A stretch of 27,404 nucleotides of DNA from an uncultured archaeon (GTDB lineage Archaea; Asgardarchaeota; Jordiarchaeia; Jordiarchaeales; Jordiarchaeaceae): contig CAZECW010000049.1 in NCBI GenBank assembly GCA_964510585.1, positions 1 to 27,404 on the forward strand, read 5' to 3'. The notes under the pieces were generated by a model, which had not been told where the DNA came from, made no database searches, and saw only the letters and a list, made by a program, of their open reading frames with translations. Shown here piece after piece: positions 15,216 to 24,385 of this stretch; position 1 is the first letter of the stretch; each line of letters opens with the position of its first letter. Made by a program: the position numbers and the translations under genes.

Positions 15216-15809
15216 TTATTTTTTTGAAACAAATCTGTTTCCCTTAACGTAATATCTCAGAGGCAAATCCTTACCCTCTTTTATCCCTATTCTACTTGTA
15301 GTAACAATATTCGGGGTCTCTTCTGAATCCTCAAAATAAATTTCATCGTTTACAGTGACATCTTTACCATTATAGGAACCGTTGATTTGGAAGGCTTGAG
15401 TCAGCTTAGCGGGGCCACTAGTGAGTTCAGTGTCCTTTTTTACTTTTCTATGTTTTTTCATTATTTCTATCCCTTCTACTGGTTCTAGGGCTCTGATTAA
15501 AACAGCTCCACTTTTATCCTCCCCCTTCGCTAAGACGTTGAACATCCAGTGATTGCCATAAGTGAAATAAACATAAATTGTCCCTGATGGTTTATCCCTG
15601 AAAAAATCCCTGCTACTTGGCCTTATTTGAAAATGGCTTGCAGGATCATCCTTAGAATAATAAGCTTCAGTTTCAACCACCTTCCCCTTCAATATTCCCT
15701 CAGATGTTTTCTTCACCAAAATTTTGCCCAAGAGTCTCTGTGCGACTTGGGAAGGGTCTCTAGAGAAGAAATTCCTATCAAGCCTCATGAATCTAAACAT
15801 TACACACAT
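15216..15809 (-). CDS. mpg: 3-methyladenine DNA glycosylase (MPG/AAG family)
   Basis: LLGKILV, VETEAY, YVYFTYGNHWMFNV, AVLIRALEP, TSGPAKLTQA, RIGI. Confidence 0.93.
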   Translation of the reverse strand: MCVMFRFMRLDRNFFSRDPSQVAQRLLGKILVKKTSEGILKGKVVETEAYYSKDDPASHFQIRPSSRDFFRDKPSGTIYVYFTYGNHWMFNVLAKGEDKSGAVLIRALEPVEGIEIMKKHRKVKKDTELTSGPAKLTQAFQINGSYNGKDVTVNDEIYFEDSEETPNIVTTSRIGIKEGKDLPLRYYVKGNRFVSKK

Positions 15810-15953
15810 AAAAAAATTAATTTTTTGGGGAAATAATGAATGCAGAAAAAGGTGGAGATGAGGGGCTCTTACAATTCTTTTTCAGTGCGTTTAGGGGGGA
15901 TAACAAATTTTAAAATCAATAGTCAGGTTGCTTGGAATCCTTCTGGAATGTGC

Positions 15954-17990
15954 TTAGTCTTCTCGTTGCCCAGCGTATTCCTCTATTATTTTGTCTATCT
16001 CCCGTTTTGTTTTCTCTCTTTCTTCATTTAGTTCCTTTACTCTAGCATATATTTCTTGTATTCTGTCTTCTTGTCCAGAAAGTGTGGAAATGTATCTTTC
16101 TTTGAGTTCGGCTTCCTGTCTGGTGTTTCCCAGAACCTTCAGGTTCTCTCTGAGTCTTTCCTGATATCTAAATATCTCTTGTTTCTCTCTTTCAAGGTCG
16201 TTCATTTCAATTTCTATTTCGTTAATCTTGCTCTGGAGTTCTGCGACTCTCTTAAGGAAGCTATTTTCTTCCTCGGTGATTAGGTTCCTATTGAAGTAGT
16301 CTTCAATTAGGGCGGAGCTTAATCCCACCACTTTGAGTTGGGAACTGATGAGTCTGCGTAGCTTTACTGTGAATTCTCGACTTTTGCGAGGTTCTAGAAC
16401 TATTTTCCATCGGTAGTAGTTTGGGGTTTCTTCCTCAAACTTATCTGTTTCCCAGGGCTCAAATCCATACTCCTTGGGATGTTCGATTATAATTTCCTTC
16501 TCTTCGTCTCCCTTATTCTTAATATTATACTTGGTCTCATTTATCTGATAGTAATAGGTTTCAATTATAGGTCCTCTAACTATGACTTCATGCACTGACT
16601 CGTACTGAGTTTTAACTTCTTTGTTAACTGCAACGGTTTGATCAACAGCGTAGGCTAATAGGCGCTTGTCTCCATCAACCATGAAGGGCAGCATACACTC
16701 GCCAGCATACGAGTTCTCCTCATAAACGGTAACTGGTCCTTCCTCGAGGGTTAAGCCACTGGTATTCTTAACTTCTATGCATGATACGGGGTTTCCTACT
16801 CGGGCGCTCTCATTGTAAACCAGTATTTTTTTGCCCTCAATCTCGGTGTAAAGGAAGGGCACCAGAGCAGAATGATTTCTTCTAATGGTTACCGGAGTCG
16901 AAATACTATAGAAAAAGAACTCACCCGCCTTAGCAGATTCTGTAGAAACCGAAGCCGCCGCTGTAGCAGCAGCCGCAAAGGAAGCATACGCACCTCCCGT
17001 TTCTCTAACTTCTCCCTTAGCAAGCATTTTGGGTGCGGGGGCAGGAGCCATCAAGGGAGCTGCTTCCTCCATAGCACGTTTTGGTTTTTCGTAAAATTCT
17101 TCTTCCTCTTGTAATTCCATTTCTTCTTCTAGGCTGATTGGTGCTACTCCTGCTGTTTCTTTAACTTTAATTTCCGGTCTCCACATGTATCGTGCAGAGT
17201 ATAAGTTATGTCTGAAGGATATGGGTAATCCTGCCATTAGGGTGAGGTTGATGTCGACCCAATCCTCGTCGGACATGTTATCTACGAGTGCCCAGCCCTG
17301 TATCCATAGGTTTTCCTCAGAATAGTTGAGGCGGTAGCTGGTTTTCCAAACGGGGACCTCTACAGTGTAGCATATGGCTACTTCTCTTTCTCCCTGTCCT
17401 CGAAACTTCAGATTCAGAGTCTTCTTGTTTTTTCTTCTTGAATCGTAAACTGTGTCAATGAAGTATTCTATATCCTTTTTAACCTCTGGGTCTAGTGTTT
17501 TAAGCCTCTTTATCTCTGAGAGGTTTACGGTTTTGATGGTGTCATCGTGGAGTAGGACTAGGAACCTTTTCTCCCTCTCAACATTGTTTTCTTTTTCTTT
17601 TATAGTTTCAATTCCTAGGATTCTTCCTGTTAACTCTTCTGTTCCCGCCGTGAGGCCGATTTTGACTCCCATTAACTGTTTAAGTAGGCTGGTTAAGGAA
17701 TCTTCCACCGGAATATGGATCCCCACTTTCTCAAGTAGTCTGCTCGTTTCTTGAGCTGCCTCATAGTCTACTCCTGAGATCATGCCGCCACCATAATCTA
17801 TTACTGAGAGACTCTTCAGCACATCATTGATCTCATTTTCATCGTAGGAAATTTTGAATTCATCGTCATCCTTCACTTTTCCCCTGCGTTCAAAGTATCC
17901 CAAACCATGCTTGAACAGCACTACCCTTTTCAAAGGAATATCTGCCATGAGTAATAGTTCGCAAGCGGAAAATATTAATTTAACTTGCAT
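15954..17990 (-). CDS. DUF4139/DUF4140-family protein with C-terminal coiled coil
   Basis: LKRVVLFKHGLGYFERRG, NDVLKSL, Y-x-x-x-x-P-x-WK-x-SYRL, QGWALVDN-x-S-x-EDW, LEEGPVTVY; C-terminal heptad-rich region with QERLRENL. The probable start is MADIPL near 17948. Confidence 0.75.
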   Translation of the reverse strand: MQVKLIFSACELLLMADIPLKRVVLFKHGLGYFERRGKVKDDDEFKISYDENEINDVLKSLSVIDYGGGMISGVDYEAAQETSRLLEKVGIHIPVEDSLTSLLKQLMGVKIGLTAGTEELTGRILGIETIKEKENNVEREKRFLVLLHDDTIKTVNLSEIKRLKTLDPEVKKDIEYFIDTVYDSRRKNKKTLNLKFRGQGEREVAICYTVEVPVWKTSYRLNYSEENLWIQGWALVDNMSDEDWVDINLTLMAGLPISFRHNLYSARYMWRPEIKVKETAGVAPISLEEEMELQEEEEFYEKPKRAMEEAAPLMAPAPAPKMLAKGEVRETGGAYASFAAAATAAASVSTESAKAGEFFFYSISTPVTIRRNHSALVPFLYTEIEGKKILVYNESARVGNPVSCIEVKNTSGLTLEEGPVTVYEENSYAGECMLPFMVDGDKRLLAYAVDQTVAVNKEVKTQYESVHEVIVRGPIIETYYYQINETKYNIKNKGDEEKEIIIEHPKEYGFEPWETDKFEEETPNYYRWKIVLEPRKSREFTVKLRRLISSQLKVVGLSSALIEDYFNRNLITEEENSFLKRVAELQSKINEIEIEMNDLEREKQEIFRYQERLRENLKVLGNTRQEAELKERYISTLSGQEDRIQEIYARVKELNEEREKTKREIDKIIEEYAGQRED

Positions 17991-18045
17991 TAATCCATTG
18001 ACTGATTAATTTCCTCCAAATAAAATATGGAAGAAGGGTGCCTAC

Positions 18046-19347
18046 ATGTCCGAAAAATGGAAAAAAATACTTGAAACTGTTGATAAAGAGAAGGAAAAAA
18101 TTGTCAGCCTGGTATCCCAACTTATCCGTATTCCCTCCACAAATCCTCCGGGTGATACCAGCGAAGTCGCAGGATACATTTCTGATTACCTGAATAATTT
18201 GGGAATAAAGACGCAAAGATACGAAGCAAAACCAGGATTAGTGTCAATTGTTGCAAAAGTGGGCAGGCAAAAAGGGAAAAAAATTCTGCTAAATGGGCAT
18301 GTGGATGTGGTTCCAGTTGGCGATGCCTCCAACTGGTTGGTGGAGCCGTTCAGCGGAAAAGTCTATGAGGGCCAAATATGGGGCAGGGGAGCCTCAGATA
18401 TGAAGGGAGGAGTAGCGGCCATTCTGAGCACCTTATCCGTTCTTCAGAGCCACGATGTACTGGATAGGTTGCAAGGCACCCTTGAATGTTCCATTGTGCC
18501 TGACGAGGAAACCGACGGTTACTTAGGTACCGGGTGGCTTGTTAACAAAGGCATAATTAAGGATGGGGATTTAGCAATTGTGGCTGAAGGTACCATTAGC
18601 CCACTTTTTGGGTACGGAATCTGCATTATGGAGAAGGGAGGATTAACTCTCAAACTCAAATCAAAGGGCGCAGAAGCACACGGAGGAATGCCATTCCTAG
18701 GCGATAACGCTATCGAAAAACTAATGGGAATCCTTCCAAAAATTAAAGCCCTCGAGAATAGAGACCTTAAACTACCCCAAAAAGTAATAAAACTCATTAA
18801 TAAAACGAAACCCTTATATGAGGAGGTAGGCAAGCTAATCGGATTTCCAGAAGATAAAATAGAGCCATTCCTTAAACAGTTATTGGTGAACATTACAAGA
18901 ATATCGGGAGGAGTTGCAGACAATGTGATTCCCGCAGAAGCCTCAGCCATAATGGATGTGAGAATCCCTCCCGGAATAACCATCAGCGAAGTCTACAACC
19001 TATTTAGTGAATTAATTGTAAAAGGGGGAAAAGAAGGTTTTACCCTGGAACAGTTATCCTACTGGGATCCCTCAATAGAGAAGGATGAAAATTCTCCAGC
19101 CACCAAACTAGTAGAAGGAGCGATTAAAAAAGTTGACCCCGATGCTAAAATTTACCATGTTTATTCCAGTGGAGGATCTGATGCAAAATTCTTTCGGGCA
19201 ATAGGTATACCCACTGTACTCTTTGGACCCGGACAGCCAGAATTGGCACACAGCGCAAATGAGAGGATACCGATTCAGGATTTGGTTAATGCAGTGAAAA
19301 TCTACCTTACTGGTATTCTAGATTACCTTTCACCTGACGGTAACTGA
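18046..19347 (+). CDS. M20-family metallopeptidase (ArgE/DapE-like)
   Basis: LNGHVDVVP, GRGASDMKGG, PDEE, GGSDA, AHSANE. Confidence 0.92.
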   Translation: MSEKWKKILETVDKEKEKIVSLVSQLIRIPSTNPPGDTSEVAGYISDYLNNLGIKTQRYEAKPGLVSIVAKVGRQKGKKILLNGHVDVVPVGDASNWLVEPFSGKVYEGQIWGRGASDMKGGVAAILSTLSVLQSHDVLDRLQGTLECSIVPDEETDGYLGTGWLVNKGIIKDGDLAIVAEGTISPLFGYGICIMEKGGLTLKLKSKGAEAHGGMPFLGDNAIEKLMGILPKIKALENRDLKLPQKVIKLINKTKPLYEEVGKLIGFPEDKIEPFLKQLLVNITRISGGVADNVIPAEASAIMDVRIPPGITISEVYNLFSELIVKGGKEGFTLEQLSYWDPSIEKDENSPATKLVEGAIKKVDPDAKIYHVYSSGGSDAKFFRAIGIPTVLFGPGQPELAHSANERIPIQDLVNAVKIYLTGILDYLSPDGN

Positions 19348-19529
19348 AGTTACTTTGTTTCATAACCCATATCCTTATAACAACGTGTTTAAAGAGGATG
19401 TACTTTTAATAAAAAATATTTATATACCTTTTAGAATAGTAACAGTTATCATTAGCGAATGGTTATAAGAAGAACTTCAAAATTTTTTCCTAAAAGTTAA
19501 CTCTTTTTAAGGAGTAGGGGCTGTTTTAA

Positions 19530-22319
19530 ATGTCAGAGTGGTTTTCCAAAGATTTGCAAGCCATTGAGAAGGAGCTGAAAACCGATTTTGACAGAGGTCT
19601 GTCTTCTAAGGAGGCAGAGAAACGCTTAGAAAAATATGGACCAAATATACTGGTAAAAGAGAGAAAAATTAGTTTTCTGTCCATCTTTAAGGAGGAAGTC
19701 ACAGAACCCTTAATACTCCTACTCATCGCTGTTGGTGTTCTCTACAGCATTTGGGGCGAATTGAGAGACGCCATAACAATTATCATAATTATATCGCTTC
19801 TGGTTTTCGTGGAGGTATGGAACGAGTATCGGGCCAAGCGCTCCATAAGTGCCTTGCAAAGATTGGCAGCGCCAACGGTTCTGGTGTTAAGAAACGGAAA
19901 GTTGACTGAGATTCGCACCACAGAAATAGTTCCCGGAGACGTTGTACCCCTATTTGCTGGTCAACGCGTTCCTGCAGATCTGAGAATTGTGGAGAGTTAT
20001 GGATTATCTGCAGATGAATCCTCACTCACAGGGGAGTCTGCGCCAGTTTACAAGGATGCACGCCAAGTGCTGGCAAAGGGGACTGAATTAGCGGAAAGAA
20101 CTAACATGGTTTTTGCGGGTACAATCATCACTAGCGGTGAGGGCAAGGGTGTTGTCGTGGCTACGGGTGTAAACACTGAGCTGGGTAAAATTGCTGGAAT
20201 ATTGGAAGAGGTGAAACCCCCAAAAACTCCTCTCCAGCTTGCCATGAAGGACCTTGTTAAATGGCTAATATGGGTAGCCTTGTTCTTCAGCGCCCTAATA
20301 CCGGCACTTAGCTTTCTGAGGGGGCAGCCACCACAGGAAATATTAATCAATATAATTTTGCTGGGGGCCTTCCAGGGATGGGTTCCATACTGGTTTGTGG
20401 CGTTTTTGTATCAACCTTTAGGATACATTGGATTATCTACCATTGAACACGCGGTAAACTCCCTTTTCGGCCTAAATCCTGTTCAGCGATTGGAGCAGCT
20501 TATCCTCACGGGACTATCTCTGGCTTTCGTTACAGTACCCGAGGAGTTGCCCATAATAATTACTATGGTTCTGGGTTTGGGAGCCTACGCCCTCTCGAAA
20601 AAGAACTCGATTGTAAAAAGGCTCAAAGCAGCAGAAACATTGGGGAGCGTTACCGTTATCGCTACGGATAAGACTGGAACAATCACACAGAACAAGATGA
20701 GTTTAAAGAGCATTTATTCCGACGGCCATTTATCAGAGGCTGTAGCCTCTAAAAATTTCCAAAAAATTTTAGAAGCGGGGTTACTGTCTAGTGAGGCGTT
20801 CAGCATTACAAAGAGCCATAAAGCGGTTTATAGAAGTCCTATGAGTGCAGCGATTCTCGAAGCGGCTAAGAAGAACAAGATAAACTTGGAAAAACTACAA
20901 AAAGAATACCAGTTGAGAGAAAAATTTGTTTTTGATAGGGAACGCAAATTGGAGTCCTTCATCTATCAAAAGCGAGAAGACAAGGAGTTATACGTTTTCT
21001 CAGCAGGAGCACCAGAATCAATCCTGGATAGAAGCTCGAGGAAATTGGAGAACGGGAAGGAAATTGATTTCGTAACTGCGGAAAAAATGAAGATAAAAGA
21101 AGTTGTTTCCGAGATGGCTAGTAATGGAGAGCGGGTGATAGCTGTTGCCTACAGAAAAATTTCCAGCGACGAAGAATTGAAGATGGAAAAAGTGGAACGC
21201 GGCCTAGTATTCATTGGCGTTCTGGGATTCATCGATCCCCCCAGACCAGAAGTTAAAGAAGCGGTACTCTCGTGTAAGAAGGCGGGAATAAGGGTTATAA
21301 TGATAACTGGAGACCATCCTCAGACAGCAAAAGCTATAGCATCAAGTGTGGGAATTGACACCGACGCCGGAGTTCTCACAGGAGCCGAAATTTCAGGAAT
21401 GAGCGATAGAGAATTGGAAAAAGCTGTAAAAAACGTTTCAGTTTTCGCTAGGGCCACCCCGGAGCAAAAGCTGAGAATTGTGAGACTGCTCAAAAAGCAG
21501 GGTGCGGTCGTGGCAGTAACGGGAGATGGAATAAATGATGCGCCGGCGCTTAAAGAGGCGGAGATTGGAATCGCTATGGGCATAAGAGGCACAGATGTGG
21601 CAAAGGAAACAGCGGACATGGTTCTTGCAGACGATAATTTTGCAACTGTAGAGGTTGCGGTTCGGGAAGGCCGAAAAATGTTTGATAATCTCAAGAAGGG
21701 CGTGCGCTACTATCTAGGTGTAAAAATTGCTTTGGTAGCAATATTCATCCTACCTATCCTTCTAGGCATACCTCTTCCATTTGCACCCATACAAATCATA
21801 GTGCTGGAACTATTCATGGATCTTGCAGCCTCCGCCACGTTTGTGGCTGAACCTGCGGAATCCGATATTATGACGCGGCCACCACGCGACCCCAAGGAAA
21901 AATTTTTGACAAGAAGTTTACAAGTTGGCATTTTTCTAAATGCCGCTTCACTTTTCGCAGCGGTTTCAATATGCTACCTGTACATCTACTACCAGACACT
22001 AAATATTGTCACTGCGCAAACAGTGGCCTTCGCAGCTTGGATGCTTGGCCACATATTCTTAGCATTCAACTCCCGATCCGAGAGGGAGCCACTCATAAGC
22101 CTCGGACCATTTTCAAATAAGGTTATGGTGGTCTGGGCAATCCTAGCAATAGCAGCACTAGTCATAGCCACATTGCTACCCCCACTTCAAGACGTTCTAA
22201 AAATAACCTACCTTGAACCAAAGAATTGGCTAATTGTACTACTAGTAACCTTTGCCTGCAGCTTCTGGCTAGAAGCCAAAAAATACATCCAGTTTAGGCG
22301 GAGGAAAACAGTCGCCTGA
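19530..22319 (+). CDS. Type II cation-transporting P-type ATPase (ion specificity unclear)
   Basis: TGES, PEELP, phosphorylation motif DKTGT, DPPR, MITGDH, TGDGINDAPAL. Confidence 0.95.
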   Translation: MSEWFSKDLQAIEKELKTDFDRGLSSKEAEKRLEKYGPNILVKERKISFLSIFKEEVTEPLILLLIAVGVLYSIWGELRDAITIIIIISLLVFVEVWNEYRAKRSISALQRLAAPTVLVLRNGKLTEIRTTEIVPGDVVPLFAGQRVPADLRIVESYGLSADESSLTGESAPVYKDARQVLAKGTELAERTNMVFAGTIITSGEGKGVVVATGVNTELGKIAGILEEVKPPKTPLQLAMKDLVKWLIWVALFFSALIPALSFLRGQPPQEILINIILLGAFQGWVPYWFVAFLYQPLGYIGLSTIEHAVNSLFGLNPVQRLEQLILTGLSLAFVTVPEELPIIITMVLGLGAYALSKKNSIVKRLKAAETLGSVTVIATDKTGTITQNKMSLKSIYSDGHLSEAVASKNFQKILEAGLLSSEAFSITKSHKAVYRSPMSAAILEAAKKNKINLEKLQKEYQLREKFVFDRERKLESFIYQKREDKELYVFSAGAPESILDRSSRKLENGKEIDFVTAEKMKIKEVVSEMASNGERVIAVAYRKISSDEELKMEKVERGLVFIGVLGFIDPPRPEVKEAVLSCKKAGIRVIMITGDHPQTAKAIASSVGIDTDAGVLTGAEISGMSDRELEKAVKNVSVFARATPEQKLRIVRLLKKQGAVVAVTGDGINDAPALKEAEIGIAMGIRGTDVAKETADMVLADDNFATVEVAVREGRKMFDNLKKGVRYYLGVKIALVAIFILPILLGIPLPFAPIQIIVLELFMDLAASATFVAEPAESDIMTRPPRDPKEKFLTRSLQVGIFLNAASLFAAVSICYLYIYYQTLNIVTAQTVAFAAWMLGHIFLAFNSRSEREPLISLGPFSNKVMVVWAILAIAALVIATLLPPLQDVLKITYLEPKNWLIVLLVTFACSFWLEAKKYIQFRRRKTVA

Positions 22320-22398
22320 AACAAAAAACTTTCACCTTCCTTTTTTATTCTGTCCTCAAAAATAGTTTATATAAATTAGGAAATCATAGTTAATATCA

Positions 22399-23259
22399 GT
22401 GGTAGAAATGAATCTTAACCTTGAGCGATTAATAAATGAGCCAGGTCAAGTTGGAGAATTGGGAATAGAGGAGATTCAACAACTTATTTCTGACACTGGA
22501 GCCCTTTTAGAGAAGGAGCCCAAACTAGTTATTTTTGACAGGAAAAAAATTTTATTCGTGGGAGACACACATGGAGACCTGGAATCCACTATTCCCATTG
22601 TAAAACGTTTTCTTGAAGGAGGCTACGATGGTGCGGTGTTTCTTGGGGACTACGTGGACAGAGGATTGCAGCAAATTGAAAACATGAACTACCTTTTAGC
22701 CCTCAAAATTCTTTACCCCGAAAAAGTGTTGCTTCTCAGAGGAAACCATGAAACTCCTCTGGCAAACAGGTACTACGGCTTTTTGGACACGGTTGCAACC
22801 AACTTTTCAGTTGAATTCTACAATTCTTACTCAAAATTGTTCTCACGTCTACCCTACGCATGCCTAGTTAATGGTGACATACTTTGTTTACATGGAGGTT
22901 TAGCTAAAGGTCTTAACACAATTAAGCAGATAGAAAAACTGCCGAGTGAGGTCGAAGTCTCAAATCCCATCCTCTTCCAACTACTATGGAACGATCCCCG
23001 GGAGAGAATAAGTGGTTTTGCTCCCAGTGACCGCGGCGATGGCATATTCTTTTTCGGAAAGGATGTCTACGAAACCTTCGCAAAGAACAACGGCATAAAG
23101 TGTATGATTAGGGCTCATGAGGTTTTCAGAAATGGTTTTCACTGGTATTTCGATGGCAACATACTGAGTCTGTTCTCCGCAAAGCATTACACAGTCCCCG
23201 TGGCTGCAAAAATAGCCGAACTTAATCCTCGGGGAGATTTAACCGTAATACCGGTTTAA
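22399..23259 (+). CDS. PPP-family Ser/Thr protein phosphatase (metallophosphoesterase)
   Basis: GDTHG, GDYVDRG, LRGNHE, HGG, LLWNDP, RAHE, SLFSA; TTTATATA at 22366-22373 is compatible with a leaderless or near-leaderless start. Confidence 0.92.
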   Translation: MVEMNLNLERLINEPGQVGELGIEEIQQLISDTGALLEKEPKLVIFDRKKILFVGDTHGDLESTIPIVKRFLEGGYDGAVFLGDYVDRGLQQIENMNYLLALKILYPEKVLLLRGNHETPLANRYYGFLDTVATNFSVEFYNSYSKLFSRLPYACLVNGDILCLHGGLAKGLNTIKQIEKLPSEVEVSNPILFQLLWNDPRERISGFAPSDRGDGIFFFGKDVYETFAKNNGIKCMIRAHEVFRNGFHWYFDGNILSLFSAKHYTVPVAAKIAELNPRGDLTVIPV

Positions 23260-23310
23260 AGCTTACACCTCTTATAATGTCACTTTATATAATTATAGCG
23301 CTGGTTTATT

Positions 23311-24300
23311 TTAAATGACAGCAAAGGCAATCACTGGGACACCGGGAAAACCTACTGAGGAATCTGAATAACCCAAAACCACGCTATCCTGTAATGCTCT
23401 TATAGTATCCCGTAACTTCCCAAAGGCATTATATACTCTAGCCACTGGTTGATCCCTTTTAACTAGGTTTCCAGGCTCCACGAGAAATCTGACAACACCA
23501 CTGGCAGCGCTCAGTGGCAGATGTGAGTACCTGAGAATTTTCCCCCGAAGGAATTCAGGGATTTGATAAGTGAATTTTTCATTCATAGGTTTAACCATTC
23601 CCAGATAATCCAAGATGTTCAGTATAGATTTTACGCCGTATTCTACATTTTCCTCATTAACCACATAAGACTCTCCTAATTCCAGCGTCAAGGATGGGAT
23701 CCCGTGCCGATTAAAACTACCGGAGATAGTTTTTTCCATATGCTCCCTTTCATAAGCTTCTTTCTGCTCACTAACAATCAAGAATCCGGTCATTTTACTA
23801 AAAAGCTTCATTTTTTCATAAGTCTCTTTATCACTCACAACCTCCGGAGGATCTATAAACGTGTAAGGAATGGATTTTCTCCAATCATTATGAAGGTCCA
23901 AAACGAGAGTGGGATTAGTTTCAATTATAGTAGTGAAGATTTTGTCCGCTATCCTTTCTGCTAAGGAACCATTTTTATTACCAGGAAAAGAACGGTTAAG
24001 ATCCTCTCTGCTCAAAGTAATATGGCGAGATGCGGTCTCAAAACCAATGGGATTCATCAAAGGAAAAGCGTGAACCGAACCTTTCAAAAGAGGTTCTCTT
24101 CGTAATTTTTTAAAAATCTCTTGAATAACTACTATCCCTCCCACCTCATCACCGTGAACACAACCAGTCAGCCAAACCACCGGTCCCGGATTAACGCTTA
24201 TTATTTCCATCAGAGCTAGTCGTCTGATGGATAAATCGGAACCAGTAAGAATCTTGAGAAACGAATATTTAATTTTTTGAGCTGAGTCTTGTTTTTTCAT
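23311..24300 (-). CDS. Succinylglutamate desuccinylase/aspartoacylase-family (M14-like) hydrolase
   Basis: GCVHGDE, DLNRSFPG, LDLH, LTLELG, C-terminal beta-hairpin domain. Confidence 0.85.
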   Translation of the reverse strand: MKKQDSAQKIKYSFLKILTGSDLSIRRLALMEIISVNPGPVVWLTGCVHGDEVGGIVVIQEIFKKLRREPLLKGSVHAFPLMNPIGFETASRHITLSREDLNRSFPGNKNGSLAERIADKIFTTIIETNPTLVLDLHNDWRKSIPYTFIDPPEVVSDKETYEKMKLFSKMTGFLIVSEQKEAYEREHMEKTISGSFNRHGIPSLTLELGESYVVNEENVEYGVKSILNILDYLGMVKPMNEKFTYQIPEFLRGKILRYSHLPLSAASGVVRFLVEPGNLVKRDQPVARVYNAFGKLRDTIRALQDSVVLGYSDSSVGFPGVPVIAFAVI

Positions 24301-24385
24301 GTTGTCCAGCTTCTATAATATCAATTTAATTAATTTTTAGCTAATGTTTTTTATTTGCAGGGATTAGATAAGTGGAAATGTCAAA

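Noticed and set aside
9685-19347. Homocitrate-synthase-like gene plus M20 peptidase as a LysW-type lysine pathway cluster
   Set aside because: They are 7 kb apart with unrelated genes between them; lysW, lysX, lysY, lysZ and lysJ are absent; and the M20 protein looks DapE/ArgE-like rather than LysK-like.
19345-22319. TGA stops of the M20 peptidase and P-type ATPase as possible selenocysteine read-through
   Set aside because: Both proteins are already complete at the TGA, the downstream frames close quickly with low-complexity sequence, and no SECIS-like element was seen.
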